Source of the DNA: Octopus vulgaris
Taxonomy: Eukaryota
DNA length: 64,000 nucleotides
Assembly: GCA_951406725.2 (NCBI GenBank)
Contig: OX597827.1
Coordinates: 57,288,001 to 57,352,000, forward strand
Reading direction: 5' to 3'
The notes under the pieces are model-generated. The model did no database searches, was not told the DNA's origin, and saw nothing but the letters and a program-made list of their open reading frames with translations. Below, piece after piece: positions 27,160-42,164 of this stretch (position 1 is the first letter of the stretch; each line of letters opens with the position of its first letter). Position numbers and translations under genes: made by a program.

Positions 27160-27427
27160 CTAAAGACCCCCTTCGGTCATGAAGGACCATTGGATAGCAC
27201 CTAGAAAGTTCCCCTCCGAGGCACAAGTTCAGACAAGGTTGCTTAAAGAAGACCAGTAGTCGCCTATGTATACCAGCCTCCTCTCTCCACTCCACTGATG
27301 TTATCCAAGGGAAAGGTAAAGACCGATACAGCTTGACACCAGTAACGTCGCAACTCATTTCTACAGCTGAGTGAACTGGAGCAGCATGAAATAAAGTGTC
27401 TTGCTCAAGAACACAACACACACGCAA
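27160..27427 (-). mobile_element. SINE family E, 5'-truncated
   Basis: Reverse complement of the body of 62100-62439. Confidence 0.85.
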
Positions 27428-27904
27428 CATATATATATACATATATATATATATATAGGTCGTGAGTTCAATTCCCGCCGACGCGTCATCTCCGCACCCT
27501 CAACTGGGTACAGCTCCAGTATGACCTTTTAGTTTCTATGAGTCATTCTGATTTTTAAGTTCGCCTTTGCTTTCTTCTCACCATATGTCACTCCTCGTCA
27601 CTTTTGCACTGGCCACCCATCCATATTGCGATAGAAAGATGACAACAAACTGAGTGGGGGTTAATGTCGTTACAATATCCCTGACGTCACCCTTGTATTT
27701 GTCGTAAATACTGGGGTGCAAACGTATGTGCAGAGATTATATAGCTATTTCAGACAGTTTTCTGATCTGAGTCTTTGTTCTTGAGACCACAGATGAGCTT
27801 ATCGGCCCTATCACTCTCAGTCAAGAGAATTTTTTCGTATGCCGTTGCTCTTTTGAGGGCAACTTATCTGGTACAGTTCTACATTGAAGAGATGAGGAAT
27901 TATG

Positions 27905-28082
27905 TACATTATTTACATTATTTACATTCGACGGATATTTGTCCTCATCATGTTTGTTGTTAACACAACGTTTCGGCTGATATACCCCCCAGCCTTCTTC
28001 GGGTGTCTTGGGGAAATGTTGTGTTAACAACAAACAAGATGCGGACAAATATCCTTCGAATGTAAATAATGTAAATAATGTA
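27905..28082. mobile_element. Inverted Penelope-like termini with a hammerhead motif
   Basis: ~65-bp inverted arms; minus strand 27962-28007 reads gacac CCGAAGA a ggctg...cagcc GAAAC GTT gtgtt. Confidence 0.65.
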
Positions 28083-29214
28083 AATGATGAACTTGTCTGG
28101 TGTTCTATATAGAGGGATATTTATTATTCAACCACTGAAAACAACAGAAACGGTTATAAGCGCCGACGCAGTAGACTAATGGAGGGAAAACGTTACTAAT
28201 GAACTTGAGCAATTTTATGTTATAAGTCCTTTAAAGGGAATAATGAAGTTTTGAATAGAGATTGCTTCAGTAGTCTAAGACTGCGTAGATTAGAAAGAAA
28301 GTGGTTTGTGCGTTTGTGTGTGTGTGGGGGGGGGGGGTCTGTTTGTCCGTGTGTTTTGCACGCGAGGGCACGTACTTAGACACGAACACAAGGCAGTCGA
28401 TTAATAAAATTGTTATGGCATATAACAAAATGCCTTGCAATATTTGCTTTGGTTCTATGCGTTTTGGGTTCAAATACCGCATATAGTTTATTTTACTTTG
28501 GAGCCAATAAAATAATATACAAGTCAACTTCTAGGCTATTTCTCTCGCTCTCTCTCTTCCATGGAGAGAGAGAGAGAGGGGGGGGTTATATGAGGAAGCC
28601 TCCACTTATATAGATCAATGTCACATTTCAGACCTGCAGAAAATTTGAGTATTTTCCTTTAGTTCAAAATTTATCCCTAATTAATTCGATGCTTTCTCAG
28701 AATATGCGAAACGCTTGAAATAACTATTTAAAAACCTCGATTTCACAAGCGACATTCATTTGGCTCCCGAGAAGGGGTGCATCCCCTAGAGTGGAATTAA
28801 AAAGCAGCAAAGAGAGCGGCGAGTAGTACATTTATTTTGCGTTTAATTAGAACCCCTACGTTTATTACAGAAGGATAAAAGTTAGGATGCTGATGAGTAA
28901 CCAAAAGTTTTAGGCTAGCAATGGTCAAGAAAAGGGCGGGAAAACACTAATTTAGGAGCATTTAAGAATTTATATGGGTTCTAATGAATTCGCAGTTTTG
29001 TGAAATTTAGGAAACTTTGGAACTGATGTTAAAATTTAGATTTTATGTTAAAATTTAGAATATAAGTTAATCTATAACGAAAGAGATAAGCCTTCATATA
29101 TTTTAACTTTATTTTATTTTGTTAGCAAGCATTTTATTTTCTGTCCCATTTCCTTACCCAGACTCCTAACAAGAACACGCCGAGACATCACGAGCCGACG
29201 AGGGGGCTTCTATA

Positions 29215-29412
29215 AGTGGTTGCTTAACCTGCTAGAAATAGCTGTCAATTTTCTTCAAATCACATCCTACGGTCTTAAAGCACGAAGGATGTTTTAGATA
29301 ATGCAGCCTTAGATATACTACAAAAACGGAATGATCATGGCTGGAATGCATTCGATTATGGTTCTGCTTGATGAGAGTTGTCCCAGAACTAAACAACAAC
29401 AACAACAACAAC
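29215..29412 (+). mobile_element. Old retroposon 3' tail ending in (CAA)n (family F)
   Basis: Related diverged copies near 9640-9760, 11970-12160, 18900-19080 and 43640-43820. Confidence 0.55.
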
Positions 29413-30098
29413 ACTAGCAGCAACACGAACAACACCGTGACACCATCGGCAAGCAGACAACATTACGGCGCCTGTTCCACAAGTATGTTATTAATATCAA
29501 TAAACGAAAACGCAGCATGCCCATCGTCCAGGGGAGAAGATGGAAGGCAAGCAAAGGAATGATGTGGTTGGCCTCAGCCAGGTACTAATCATTTCAATAT
29601 CTCACTGAACAATAACATATATGGACATCGCTATCGATTTGCACGACTTTTGCAACGCGTAATAAGCATTTGTTTAATAATAGAGATGCCAAACGAATAA
29701 TAAATAGGCGGAAATTAGCGTTCCATATTGAATGATATGCTTCTTCGGAGTTATTGCCAGCCTGTTAATATGTGAAGCGATAGAGCTGCTAATTAACGAC
29801 CATAGAGAAGTAGGAAAAGGAATGCTCGTTTGAGAAACAGAGGGCTGTTTCGAATCGTTGTGGCATTCTTTCTTTGAATTAGTAACTGACTTTTTTTTTA
29901 AAATAATGTTTCACACTGGAAGAGTTGTAAATTGAAATGAAATCATTCCACATGGACACCGGCCTGAGTATGTGGTTAAGATGCTTGCTTTTGTTACCAT
30001 GTGGTTTCAAATTCGGTCCCACTGCGCGGCATCTTGGGCAAGTGTCTTCAACTATAGGCTTGGACCGTCTAACGCCTTGTGAGTAAGTTTGGTAGATA

Positions 30099-30484
30099 GT
30101 GGAAGCACTCCGTCGGTTACGACGACGAGGGTTCCGGTTGATCCGAATCAACGGAACAGCCTGCTCGTGAAATTAACGTGTAAGTGGCTGAGCACTCCAC
30201 AGACACGTGTACCCTTAACGTAATTCTCGGGGATATTCAGCGTGACACAGAGAGTGACAAGGCCGGCCCTTTGAAATACAGGTACAACAGAAACAGGAAG
30301 TAAGAGTGAGAGAAAGTTGTGGTGAAAGAATACAGCAGGGATCACCACCATCCCCTGCCGGAGCCTCGTGGAGCTTTAGGTGTTTTCGCTCAATAAACAC
30401 TCACAACGCCCGGTCTGGGAATCGAAACCGCGATCCTATGACCGCGAGTCCGCTGCCCTCACCACTGGGCCATTGCGCCTCCAC
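30099..30484 (-). mobile_element. SINE family D, full-length, nested in a family A copy
   Basis: 11-bp TSD tttggtagata; interrupts family A sequence starting at ~29960. Confidence 0.92.
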
Positions 30485-30969
30485 TTTGGTAGATAATGTA
30501 ATGTACTGTTCTGTGATAGAAAGATGAAAAAAAAGTACTACGTCTGGTGAGGGATAAATATTTATTTAAAGGACACAATACGTGTCTTTAAGTGATACTT
30601 ATAGTTTCATACGTTGAGAAATACCTCATACATATTCATCAAGCACAAACCACATATCATAACGAAGTAAAAAAAAAGTTGAATAAGAGAAGAAACGCGA
30701 AAAAGTTAAGAAGGCAGCATATAGAAAACGCGGAAGGTTAAAAAAAAAACGGAAAACCAAACATTAAAAACTAAAATGTAAAAAGGAAAAAGGCAACAGA
30801 GTTGTCCCCGTTAGATTTTAAATTATATATGTGCACTAATGCTAATTTTTTTTTCCGTCGAGAGATTGCAATTCTATGGTCAAGATACGGTGAAAGCTTA
30901 TATGCTTAATCTTATAACTATATTTAGAATATAGATATAGATATAGATATCTATTTATACACATACAGA

Positions 30970-31066
<97 letters not shown>

Positions 31067-31232
31067 GACAGAGAGACAGACAGACAGACAGAGAGATACA
31101 TACATACATAGATATATATTTACAATATATTTACGTTCCCATTATTATATTGTGTGAAATTTGATTTAGTATTTCTAAATTGAATTTTTTTTTCCTTGTA
31201 AGTTTGGATTTTATACCCTCAAATAATAATAA

Positions 31233-31279
<47 letters not shown>

Positions 31280-31416
31280 GAAAATAATGCAATACGAAAG
31301 TATTGCTTTCCAGTAAAAGATAGCCCGTAAGGGTAAAATTATACAATAGCGTCGTATTTATTACGATCGCTATTTTCCTGTAAATATCGGTACCTCGTTG
31401 TACCATTTATTTACTT

Positions 31417-31491
<75 letters not shown>

Positions 31492-31555
31492 TTTGATTTT
31501 GATTTTTCTAGTTTCAGCTAATGATCTGTGGCCATGCTGGGGCACCGCCACATAT

Positions 31556-31591
<36 letters not shown>

Positions 31592-32464
31592 TTGTATGTA
31601 TGTATATATATAAATATACTCTATATATGTGTGCATGTGTGTGCGTGTGTGTGTATCTGTGTTTGTGCCCCACAACCGCTTGATAGCTGATGTTGCAGCA
31701 TTGTTTTGTTTACTTTCTCATAACTTAGCAGATCGGCATAAGAGACCAACAAAATACGCGCCAAACTTAAAAGAAATAAGTACTGGGGGTCGACTTGTTC
31801 GACCAAAGCTTTCAAGGCAATGTCCCCCCAGCATGGCTGCAGTCCAATGATTGCAACGAGTAAGGGATAAAAGATAGTTGCACAAACGTTCGAAGGACTC
31901 CTAGTTTGGTAAACAGTTTTATTTTGTGAATTGAAACAAACATCATTGTTAATAGAAAGTATTTTTTTCGCAGCAACTCGCTCGCTTTCTCTTAATAATC
32001 TGTGATCTATTCACCAGCTAGATCAATCGAAATGAGAAAAGTTAAAAATTTTATCCAAAGATTTAACAAATAACCGATAGTGAGTTATATTTGTGTATAA
32101 CAAGATCTGGCGTATAATGTCTAGTGTTATGTAATGAAACGTTCACCGATCGTTGCTCAAACGGTGTCTATTAAAGTCTTGAGTTGTTAACTTAATCTTT
32201 TAGCTTTTATCTTTTACTTGTTACAGTCATTAGATTACTGCCATCCTGGGACACCACCTTGAATATTTAGTCGAATGAATCGACCTCAATACTTCTTTAT
32301 TTTTTAAAGAAACGGTATTCATTCTATCGTTCTGTTGGCTGAATCGCTTAAGTTACTGAGAAACAAACACTCCAACACCGGTTGTCAAGCGGTGTGTGTT
32401 ACGTGGGGGAGACAAACACAGACACAAAGAGACACACATAGAAATAAACATACATATGTGTATA

Positions 32465-32688
32465 TATTACTCTTTTACTCTTTTACTTGTTTCAGTCATT
32501 TGACTGCGGCCATGCTGGAGCACCGCCTTTAATCGAGCAACTCGACCCCAGGACTTATTCTTTTGTAAGCCCAGTACTTATTCTATCGGTTCCTTTTGCC
32601 GAACCGCTAAGTTACGAGGACATAAACACACTAGCACCGGTTGTCAAGCAATGCTAGGGGGACAAACACAGACACACAAACACACACA

Positions 32689-32730
<42 letters not shown>

Positions 32731-32895
32731 TACGACGGGCTTCTTTTCAGTTTCCGTCTACCAAATCCACTCACAAGGCTTTGGTCGGCCCGAGGGTATA
32801 GTAGAAGACACTTGCCCAAGGTGCCACGCAGTGGGACTGAACCCAGAACCATGTGGTTGGTAAACAAGCTACTTACCACACAGCCACTCCTGCAT
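32465..32895 (-). mobile_element. SINE family A nested in the microsatellite of an older family A copy
   Basis: Full minus-strand copy flanked by older tail (~32200-32460) and head remnant (~32900-32922). Confidence 0.8.
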
Positions 32896-33479
32896 ATATA
32901 TACGACGGGCTTCTTTCAGTTTTGGCACAGGGCCAGCAACTTCGAGGGAGGGGCTAAGTCGATTATATCGACTCCAATGCCCGATTGGTACTTATTTTAT
33001 CGACCCTGGAAGTCGACCTCGGCAATGAAGAAGGACGAAATACCTATTTCTTTACTACCCACAAGGGGCTAAACACAAAGAGGACAAACAAGGACAGACA
33101 AACGGACAGAAAGCGACCATCACCCTATGGTCGCCTGATTGCAGCGTCGAAGTTGACGGCTTCTAGTAGCATCCTCTACCTGTCTCCTTTATCTCTTTCC
33201 CTACCGTCACTGGAATTATGAAAAAAGTGTGTTGGTGTTGGTATTGGTGTCTTGGTTTGCTGAACAACCTGTATTATGAATATTATTATAGTGCGCTTGT
33301 TTTGTGCGGCCCACTAGAATAACAATTATAATGCAGGTTCTTCAAACTTGTATTGGTTTGTCTCAACAAGTACTATGAGTCCAAAAGTTATCAGAATGCA
33401 GAATTTGTATGGAGTTATCTTCTCTTAGATGAGCAGCTAAAGAGCTGAAAGGTCTCATTTACTCTGGGTCCGTCGGGGT

Positions 33480-34250
33480 GTCTGTTAGTGACCTTCTTCT
33501 GGGGGCTATGATGGGATACTTCCTAGTTTATTACTGGTTGTAATTGTTATGGATATCTTCCCTTGTCTTCGCAGGTTGTTGCTGTGATAAGGTTTATCGA
33601 GGAAGTCTTATGCTTTGCTTCTGGTAATGAAGGCGAAGCAATTATTGTACCAACTCACAAATTATGCTTGATATCGCTTTAGGATCGACATCTCCATTGT
33701 TTACTTTTGATAATTTTGTTCTTTCGGGCTGTCTGTGCAGAAAACCATTAAAAATGGGTTTGCTCCCACATGTAAAGCAATTGAATTGTCTATAGTGGAT
33801 GCTAGTTTTGAAGGGTTTTTCTCTCAGTATCCTCTACGGGACATAATTCTAGGATTGCATTGTGATCTAGCGGGATCATGAGGATTTATGTCCATGGTGA
33901 TCGTTAAATGTTACATCAGCGCTGCACTGATCATCTGCCCATAGTGTGTCACGATGGTGGCCATTAGCTAGGATCCAATTTCGTCACCGATGATCCTCAA
34001 GTCCCTGCTTCCCAAACATTGCAAAAGAAGCTCATAGGTAGCTGTGTTGTACAGACTTTGGACTTGTGTCTTTTCCTTACCCTGTGTTTTACATATGAGA
34101 CATATCGTACTATATGCTCTCCGTCTCTCAATGAAGGATATCATCTTTGAAATATCTGCCAGAGGTGTCTTCAGCTTTTGCTTGGGTGAAGCAAGAAAAC
34201 CTCCTGCGTCTTTCACGAGACATGACATCTATAATAGACTGAGGTAGACT
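33480..34250 (-). pseudogene. Decayed LINE ORF1 with CCHC knuckle remnant
   Basis: CFTCGSK.(frameshift).MVFC at 33737-33779; 86-aa open stretch at 33968-34228. Confidence 0.45.
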
Positions 34251-35178
34251 GAGGCTTGTGTACAAAATGTCAAGTTTTCGGACACTTCACATATAATGTT
34301 CCATAATATGTTTTCTGTTTTATCTTTTTGTTGTTGTTGTTGTTGTTAAAAGGTATTTGCAAACGATAGCTTTTCGTTATTCATCCTTACACCCGAAGCA
34401 ATAAGTGCTTACGTGCATGCACACATTGTTGTTATTGTCGTTGTTTTATACTGTATGCTTTTGTCGGAATGTAATTTTTTATTTACTACAATTTGCTTAT
34501 ATTTTCTTTGATATATTTCTTACTACTTTGGCTGTTGTTTTAACGGTTGTTTTGCTTTGTTAATTGTAATCTTACTCATGAGCAGATCCTTGGAAAGAAG
34601 CCATTCTTTTTTACCTTAACGTTAGACTGCTGAATACAGTGAAAATATTTCTTTAAAAAACCCTGAGCTGGTGTTCTAACTCCAATAAGGGGTATACTTC
34701 CGAAATGTTAGAGAAGGGTCTTTGAGTGAACTAATACCCTGGAAATAAAAATTACTTCCTTCTGTCACACTTGTATAATATATTGAGCAAACACGGAACC
34801 AGATATTTTCCATTTGCTGGCCTTGTACCAAAATTACAAAGGGTTATTTGTGTTGTGTTTTATTAATATTCATTTACAATGCTGCTCTCAATTTGCAACT
34901 ATTCTACAGCAGCCTTAATCGTGTCGATCTCACCGATTTCTAAAGAAGCGGGGAGACGAAAGGCATGGGCACAGCCCCATTACCCAAGATTAGACCAATA
35001 ACAAAAAAAAAAATAGCAGAGTTAAACTCTGATCGAAGTTACTATTACAGATGTATTGCCGACATTTTAAAAGAAAATACAACAATATTTACCAGACGTT
35101 ATTCAAGTTTATTGGAACTATTCAATTGATATGTGTTTGATGCATATTTTACTTACTGACCTTTCTACAGCTCTGTCC

Positions 35179-35293
<115 letters not shown>

Positions 35294-35545
35294 CATACAT
35301 ACATATATGCATACATAGATACATACGGGCATATGAATATATGTATGGCATGTATGGTGTGCATAATATATATATATATATATCGGTGTATGTGCAGCAA
35401 GTTTATATAATCTACATAAAACCATGGAATTGATTTAACGTTCTGATAGTACGTGTGTGTGTGTTTGTATTTGTGTAGGCAGATTTGTATACCTCTGCGC
35501 TTATGTATATAATTTTCTCATGTCATGTTAGGGTGCTTCTCTTCA

Positions 35546-35599
<54 letters not shown>

Positions 35600-36749
35600 C
35601 CTCCCTGTTTGTGTGCATGTGTGTGTGTATGTGTGTGCGTGCAAAATCTCTCCAAGCCTAAGCACACTGAACGGTGCCATCATGACTAGGATGTTTGCAA
35701 ATATATTCAGCAGTTCGCTGGTCATTCTCTTGTATCAGTGACAGTAAAGCCGGTGGACGTCATCTAATATATTAATATTGAGACTGACAATAGAAGGAAA
35801 TACACTTCTCTCAATACTTTACACTATTTTTAAACGGTAATACTAGATCACATTCAACATTTTTATTTGTGTTTGTTCTTGATGGTATGTATAACTGATA
35901 TCGTATCACTCACTGGACATTTTGTCTCCGCAACAGCTTACTCCTCATTGATTTATTTAACCTTGGTTCAAGGTATTTTATTTCCCCCTCTTAAGGAGTA
36001 GGGGAATATTTGGCATAATTTAAAACCATTACTAACTCATTTTCATTATATTAACCAAGAAGGTGAAGTTTAAATCTTTTAGGTGTGGTGCAGACATGAT
36101 CGAATATTTGAGAAGCTTTCTTTACACCTACGATGTAACCGAATAGTAGTACATTGGACTTATGTTAACTGCTGGCAGAAACGTTAGCACGCCGTGCGAA
36201 ATGCTCAGCAGTATTTCGTCTGTCGTTACGTTCTGAGTTCAAATTCCGCCAACGTCGACTTAGCCTTTCATCCTTTCGGGGTCGATTAAATAAGTACCAG
36301 TTACGCATTGGGGTCGATATAATCGACTTAATCCCTTTGTCTGTCCTTGTTTGTCCTCTCTGTGTTTAGCCCCTTGTGGGCAGTAAAGAAATATATGTTA
36401 TACTTTGTATGAAACTAAATAATTGATATGATACACCGATAGTATGAATGTATGTTTGTTTGTTTTTTTCTCTAGGTACACGTTTGTACCTACACAAACA
36501 CACACACACACATGTTAACATACTGATAGCCTGTGAGTGTCAGTAAATTTGTGAACGAATACATGTACATACATAGAGACACTAGAAATGAACATGATAT
36601 TTGGGACTAAAAACTATGCAAGACTTTAAAATTTAGAGGACGATTGAACAAAACAAGATGCCTTCCTTCACAACCTTGCTACCAAGTAGGTGGCCGGTCA
36701 AAATTTACTCTACATTAAAAAGAGAAAGAGAAGAACATATATATGCACA

Positions 36750-36795
<46 letters not shown>

Positions 36796-36800
36796 GTATG

Positions 36801-36849
<49 letters not shown>

Positions 36850-36853
<4 letters not shown>

Positions 36854-37050
36854 AGGCACATGGCCTAGTGATTAGAGCAGCGGACTCGCGGTCGAGGGAT
36901 CGCAGGTTCGAATCTCTGGGCGATGTGTGTGTTTATGAGCGAAATATCTAAGCTCTACGCGGTTCCGGCAGAAGATGATGGCGAACTTCTGCTGACTCTT
37001 TCGCCACAATTTTCACTCACTCTTTCCTCCTGCATCTTGCAGCTCACACG
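36850..37050 (+). mobile_element. SINE related to family D (distinct subfamily), truncated
   Basis: Head gtggaggcacatggcctagtgattagagcagcggactcgcggtc. Confidence 0.7.
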
Positions 37051-38950
37051 AGGTCGATAAAATAAAGTACCAGTCGAGCATTGGTGTCGATGTAATCGAT
37101 TAGCCCTCTGCTCCGAAATTTCAAGCCTTGTACCTATGGTAGAAAGAATTATTGATTTCAAATTTTAGCACAAGGCCAGAATTTGGCGGTGGGGGGAAAA
37201 GTTGATTACATCGACACCAGTACTTTACTGGTACTTAATTTATCGACACTGAGAAGGATGAAATGCAAAGTCGACCTCGGCGAAATTTGAACTCATTACG
37301 TAAAGACGAACGAAATGCCGCTAAGCACTTTGCCCGGCATGCGAACGATTCTGCCAGCTTACCGCGGTAGAAAGAATTATCGTTCATTACAATCCGGCAA
37401 ACTGCCTGAGTTGTTAAGACATTGGACAATATACTTCGAAGCAAGACGGCGAGCTGGTAGAAACATTAGCACGCCGGGCGAAATGCGTAGCCGTATTTCG
37501 TCTGCCGCTACGTTCTGAGTTCAAATTCCGCCGAGGTTGACTTTGCCTTACATCCTTTCGAAGTCGATAAATTAAGTACCAGTTACGCACTGGGGTCGAT
37601 GTAATCGACTTAATTCGTTTGTCTGTCCTTGTTTGTTTCCTCTGTGTTTAGCCCCTTGTGGGTAGTAAAGAAATAGGTATTTCGTCTGCCGCTACGTTCT
37701 GAGTTCAAATTCCTGCGAGGTCGACTTTGCCTTTCACCCTTTTGGGGTCGATTAAATAAGTACCAGTTACGCACTGGGTCGTTATAATCGACTTAATCCG
37801 TTTATCAGTCCTTGTTTGTCCTCTCTGTGTTTAGCCCCTTGTGGGTAGTAAAGAAATGGGTATTTCGTTCGTCTTTACGTTATGAGTTCAAATTCCGCCG
37901 AGGTCGACTTTGCATTTCATCCTTTCGGCGTCGATAAATTAAGTTCCAGTGAAGTACTGAGGTCGATATAATTTTCGGGCCTTGTACCTAGAGTAGAAAA
38001 GAATATATTTTGCAGCAATTCTTTCAGATTCAAGTTCTGAATTCAAATTTCACCGAACTTGACTTTACCTTTTATCCTTATGAGGTCGATGAAATAAGTA
38101 CCAGTTGAGAACTGGTGATGATGTGATCGACTAGCCTCCTCTCCAAAAATTGCAGACCTTGTGCAGAAAAAATTATTAAGGCGGCCACCTGTATTTTTCT
38201 CCGACTCTTTACGTTCTGAGTTCAAATTCCACCAAGGTCAACTCTTCTTTTCATTTCTCGGAGACCGATAAAACAAAGTACCAGTCATGTACTTGTTCGG
38301 TAGTATCCACTAATCCTCAGCCTTCAAAATTGCTGGCCTTGAGTATAAATCAAAAACAATTATTCCATATGTGAGAAGTGTGACGAGCTGGCGGAATCGT
38401 TAGCACGCCGGACGAAATGCTTAGCGGTATTTCGTCTGCCGTTACGTTCTGAGTTCAAATTCCGCCGAGGTCGACTTTGCCTTTCATCCTTTCGGGGTCG
38501 ATAAATTAAGTACCAGTTACGCACTGGGATCGATGTAATCGACTTAATACCTTTATCTGTCCTTGTTTGTCTCCTCTATGTTTAGCCGCTTGTGGGCAAT
38601 AAAGAAATAGGAATCGTTAGCACACCGAGCAAAAATGCTGTATGGCATTTCGTCCGTTTTTATGAGTTCAAATTCCACCGATGTTCACTTTGCTGTTTTT
38701 CTTTTAGAGTCGATGAATTAAGTACCAGCGCCAAAATTTGAAATCATTATTATGTCTGTGAGATAAAGCGACTAGCTGACAGAATCATTAGAACATCGGA
38801 CAAAAGTCCTTTGCAACTTTTTCTATATGTTCTATTTTCAAACCCCACCGATGCTCACATAATCCTCCAACCTTCCGGGACAGATAGAAGAAAGTAGCAG
38901 TCAAGAGCTTAAGCCAGTGGTTTCGACTAAAACCCCTTCTCTTAAAATTG
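37050..38950. mobile_element. Dense cluster of SINE family C copies in both orientations
   Basis: About nine cores; 37443-37970 has a tandemly repeated ~180-bp body. Confidence 0.88.
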
Positions 38951-39131
38951 CTATCCTTGTCCCAAACTTATAGCTCATTTCTATTTAAAATAAATCTGAG
39001 TTGTTGTTTTTTTTCATTTTTAGTGAAGTGTTATAATATCATTTACCTTTTATCGGGTCACCGTCTTGAAGGACTTTTAGTCGAATGGATGGACCCTAGT
39101 ACTTATTTTTTTCTGTGAAGGCTGGTACTTA

Positions 39132-39166
<35 letters not shown>

Positions 39167-39599
39167 CAACGGGCTTCTTTCAGTTTTCATTTACCAAATC
39201 AATTCGCAAAGCTTTGATTGGATCGAGACTATAGTAGAAGACATTTGCTGAAGGTGTTACTCAGTAGGACTGAACCAAGAACTATGTGGTCATGAAACAA
39301 GCTTTTTACTACACAGCCACATTTCACATTTCTTTCATAATAGATGTACCACCAAATCGAAACAAACTCTGAAATAGTAGAATCTTTATCGTTTAGCTCA
39401 AATCTGTTCGAAGTGATTTATAATCTTAGATAACTTAGATAACTTAGATAACTTAGATATGTTTCAACCAAAGATTGGTCCAGGCCATGTCTAACTTAAT
39501 AGCACCACCTGATAGGATTATTCGAATCCTGTTTAAGTCAAGTTTTGTTTAAGTCAAGTTTTGTTCAAGTAGTGAGTTCTTGTTGGGTGAGTTGTATCC

Positions 39600-40030
39600 A
39601 ATTATGGGTGGCTTATCTGGTATTCTTTGAAGGAATCTATCCAGACTCCGTTTAAAGTTGATGGGATCCTTTTCCTCTTTGATCTCCCTCGGGACAATGT
39701 TAAATAGGGCAGGGCCTGTTGAGGAAAAGAAATTATGTTACAGTGTACCTGTATGTTGTGATCTTGAATTGGGCAGGGGACGTATGGCCCGTGGTCCCAG
39801 TTTTGGATGAACCTTGAAGCTAATGTTAAGGTCGTTTGGGCAAAAACTTTCAAACGCAACTCTCCTTTCTTTTTAGAATTATGTAAAGAACTGTAATAGT
39901 TAATGTATACTGTGCTTTTTCTATTACGGTTGGTGTGGTTTGAGGAAGATTTGGGTGCTACGTCTAACACGACGAGCGAACATGCAGAGGCTCTGTCGAT
40001 TTCTCGTCTGCATAGGGTGTCTGGTTGACT
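39600..40030 (-). pseudogene. Possible decayed retroelement ORF1 fragment
   Basis: 122-aa non-repetitive open stretch with no splice context or recognisable motif. Confidence 0.25.
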
Positions 40031-40454
40031 TGATTAATAACCAAATATATATCAACACAGGTGTAACTTCTACTGAGAACTGTGAAATTACAATATAAAT
40101 AAAACAAACCATATATATATATGTGTGTGTATCTTCTACTTCTTCTGACGCCGCTAGGCTGGCCAATCTCACCAGCTGCGCACACAACAATATTCAACAA
40201 TATTTTCTTAATATATTACAAAACAATCCAGTAATTTGTTTCTGTAATAGAAAATATTTTCAGTTTGCAAACAAATCTGAGATAAAACTAAATAAAAGCG
40301 AATAGAAACAAAATGATAGTAGTAATATTTTCTAATTAATATTCTTCGTTTATAATTATCTTAATTCTTCTTATTATTATTTGTTCCTTATAAGACAGAA
40401 AGTGGCGGGAGCTTAAATGTATGTCTGAAATTGTTTACATAAATGTATATATAT

Positions 40455-40503
<49 letters not shown>

Positions 40504-40522
40504 AGTGTCTCTGTACGAATGA

Positions 40523-40602
<80 letters not shown>

Positions 40603-40684
40603 TTTATTATTATTAAGCAGGAAAAAGTTATATATTTATTTATATTTATTCAAAGCATAAAACACGTAAATATATGTGTCTATT

Positions 40685-40885
40685 CAAAATATAATCGCCA
40701 TCGTTAACAATATTTTCCCCACTTCAAAACCCATTTTCTGATTCCTCGGGCAAAAAAAAGGTCATATTCCTTGGAAGGCAAACATGTTTGGAGTGTCGTT
40801 TCGACATCGTCCCTGCTTCTAAATGTTTTCCCACTAGTAAAGTGTTCAAATGACTTGAATGAATAAAAAAAAATCTGGTGGTGTC
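40685..40885 (-). pseudogene. Mariner transposase C-terminal fragment
   Basis: FKSFEHFTSGKTFRSRDDVE...FFARGIRKWVLKW, then IVNDGDY after a frameshift. Confidence 0.75.
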
Positions 40886-41237
40886 CATACATACATACAT
40901 ACATACATACATACATACATACATACATACATACATACATACATACATACATACATACATACATACATACATTCATACATACATAGATGGGTGCAGGACG
41001 TCAACAACGGTTCAAACAATATGAAATACGTAAACAAACGAGTTAAATAAGTAAACAACGAGTAAAAATGGAGAACAGGACAAGTAAACACGGAGAAAGG
41101 ACCCTTCGTCAGTTGTCGGCTGTACATCTACTCCTCATTTCGAGCATTCAACGACAATATGAGTTTTCAAAGACAGTTACTCCCATAAATTCTAAAACAG
41201 AATTTACGATTTATGGAGAGTCAAAATTGGGAACAAA

Positions 41238-41276
<39 letters not shown>

Positions 41277-41512
41277 TACCTATTTCTTTACTACACACAA
41301 GGAACTAAACACAGAGGAGACAAACAAGGACATACAAACGGATTAAGTCGATTACATCGACCCCAGTGCTTAACTGGTACTTAATTTATCGACCTCGAAA
41401 GGATGAAAGACAAAGTCGACATCGGCGGAATTTGAACTCAGAACGTAACGGCAGACGAAATACCGCTAAGCATTTCGCCCGGCGTGCTAACGTTTCTGCC
41501 AGCTCGCCATTA
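41277..41512 (-). mobile_element. SINE family C
   Basis: Full head-core-tail, reverse complement. Confidence 0.88.
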
Positions 41513-41881
41513 CCGCGGTTTCCCTACTTGCCCTCCTGTTACCATTTCCTCTGCAGATGCTAATAACCCATGTGCTGCTATCATCATAACAAGCGCCGCA
41601 ATATGTCACCAAGATTGAATGTACGATCGTGTACTTGTGACTGCTTGTCTTCTTTTACGTATTAAATTCATTAATTATTCTTGACGGAAAGTAACAAGTG
41701 GATGAGACGAAAGTGAAACCAAGTTTATATACATATACATATATATGCACACGCGCGCATATATATATACACACATATGCACACACATGCACACACATAC
41801 ATATATACATATCTATGCATATACATATATATATATATGCATATATATATATATATATACATATATATATACATATGTATG

Positions 41882-41963
<82 letters not shown>

Positions 41964-42130
41964 AAGAGGCATTAATGCTGGCAACTATTTTTTATGACAA
42001 AGAGAGCAGCTTTAAAGCGAACAGTGTTTCGTCTCCTCTGTGCATAGTACTAAAGCAAACTATCTTTTAGTACTGCATCGTTCGTGGATTTGTTTAATTA
42101 CACGCCTCTGTCTGTATGTCTGTCTGTCTG

Positions 42131-42164
<34 letters not shown>

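Noticed and set aside
39420-39570. Short 9-bp and 16-bp tandem repeats
   Set aside because: Ordinary slippage products with no further structure.
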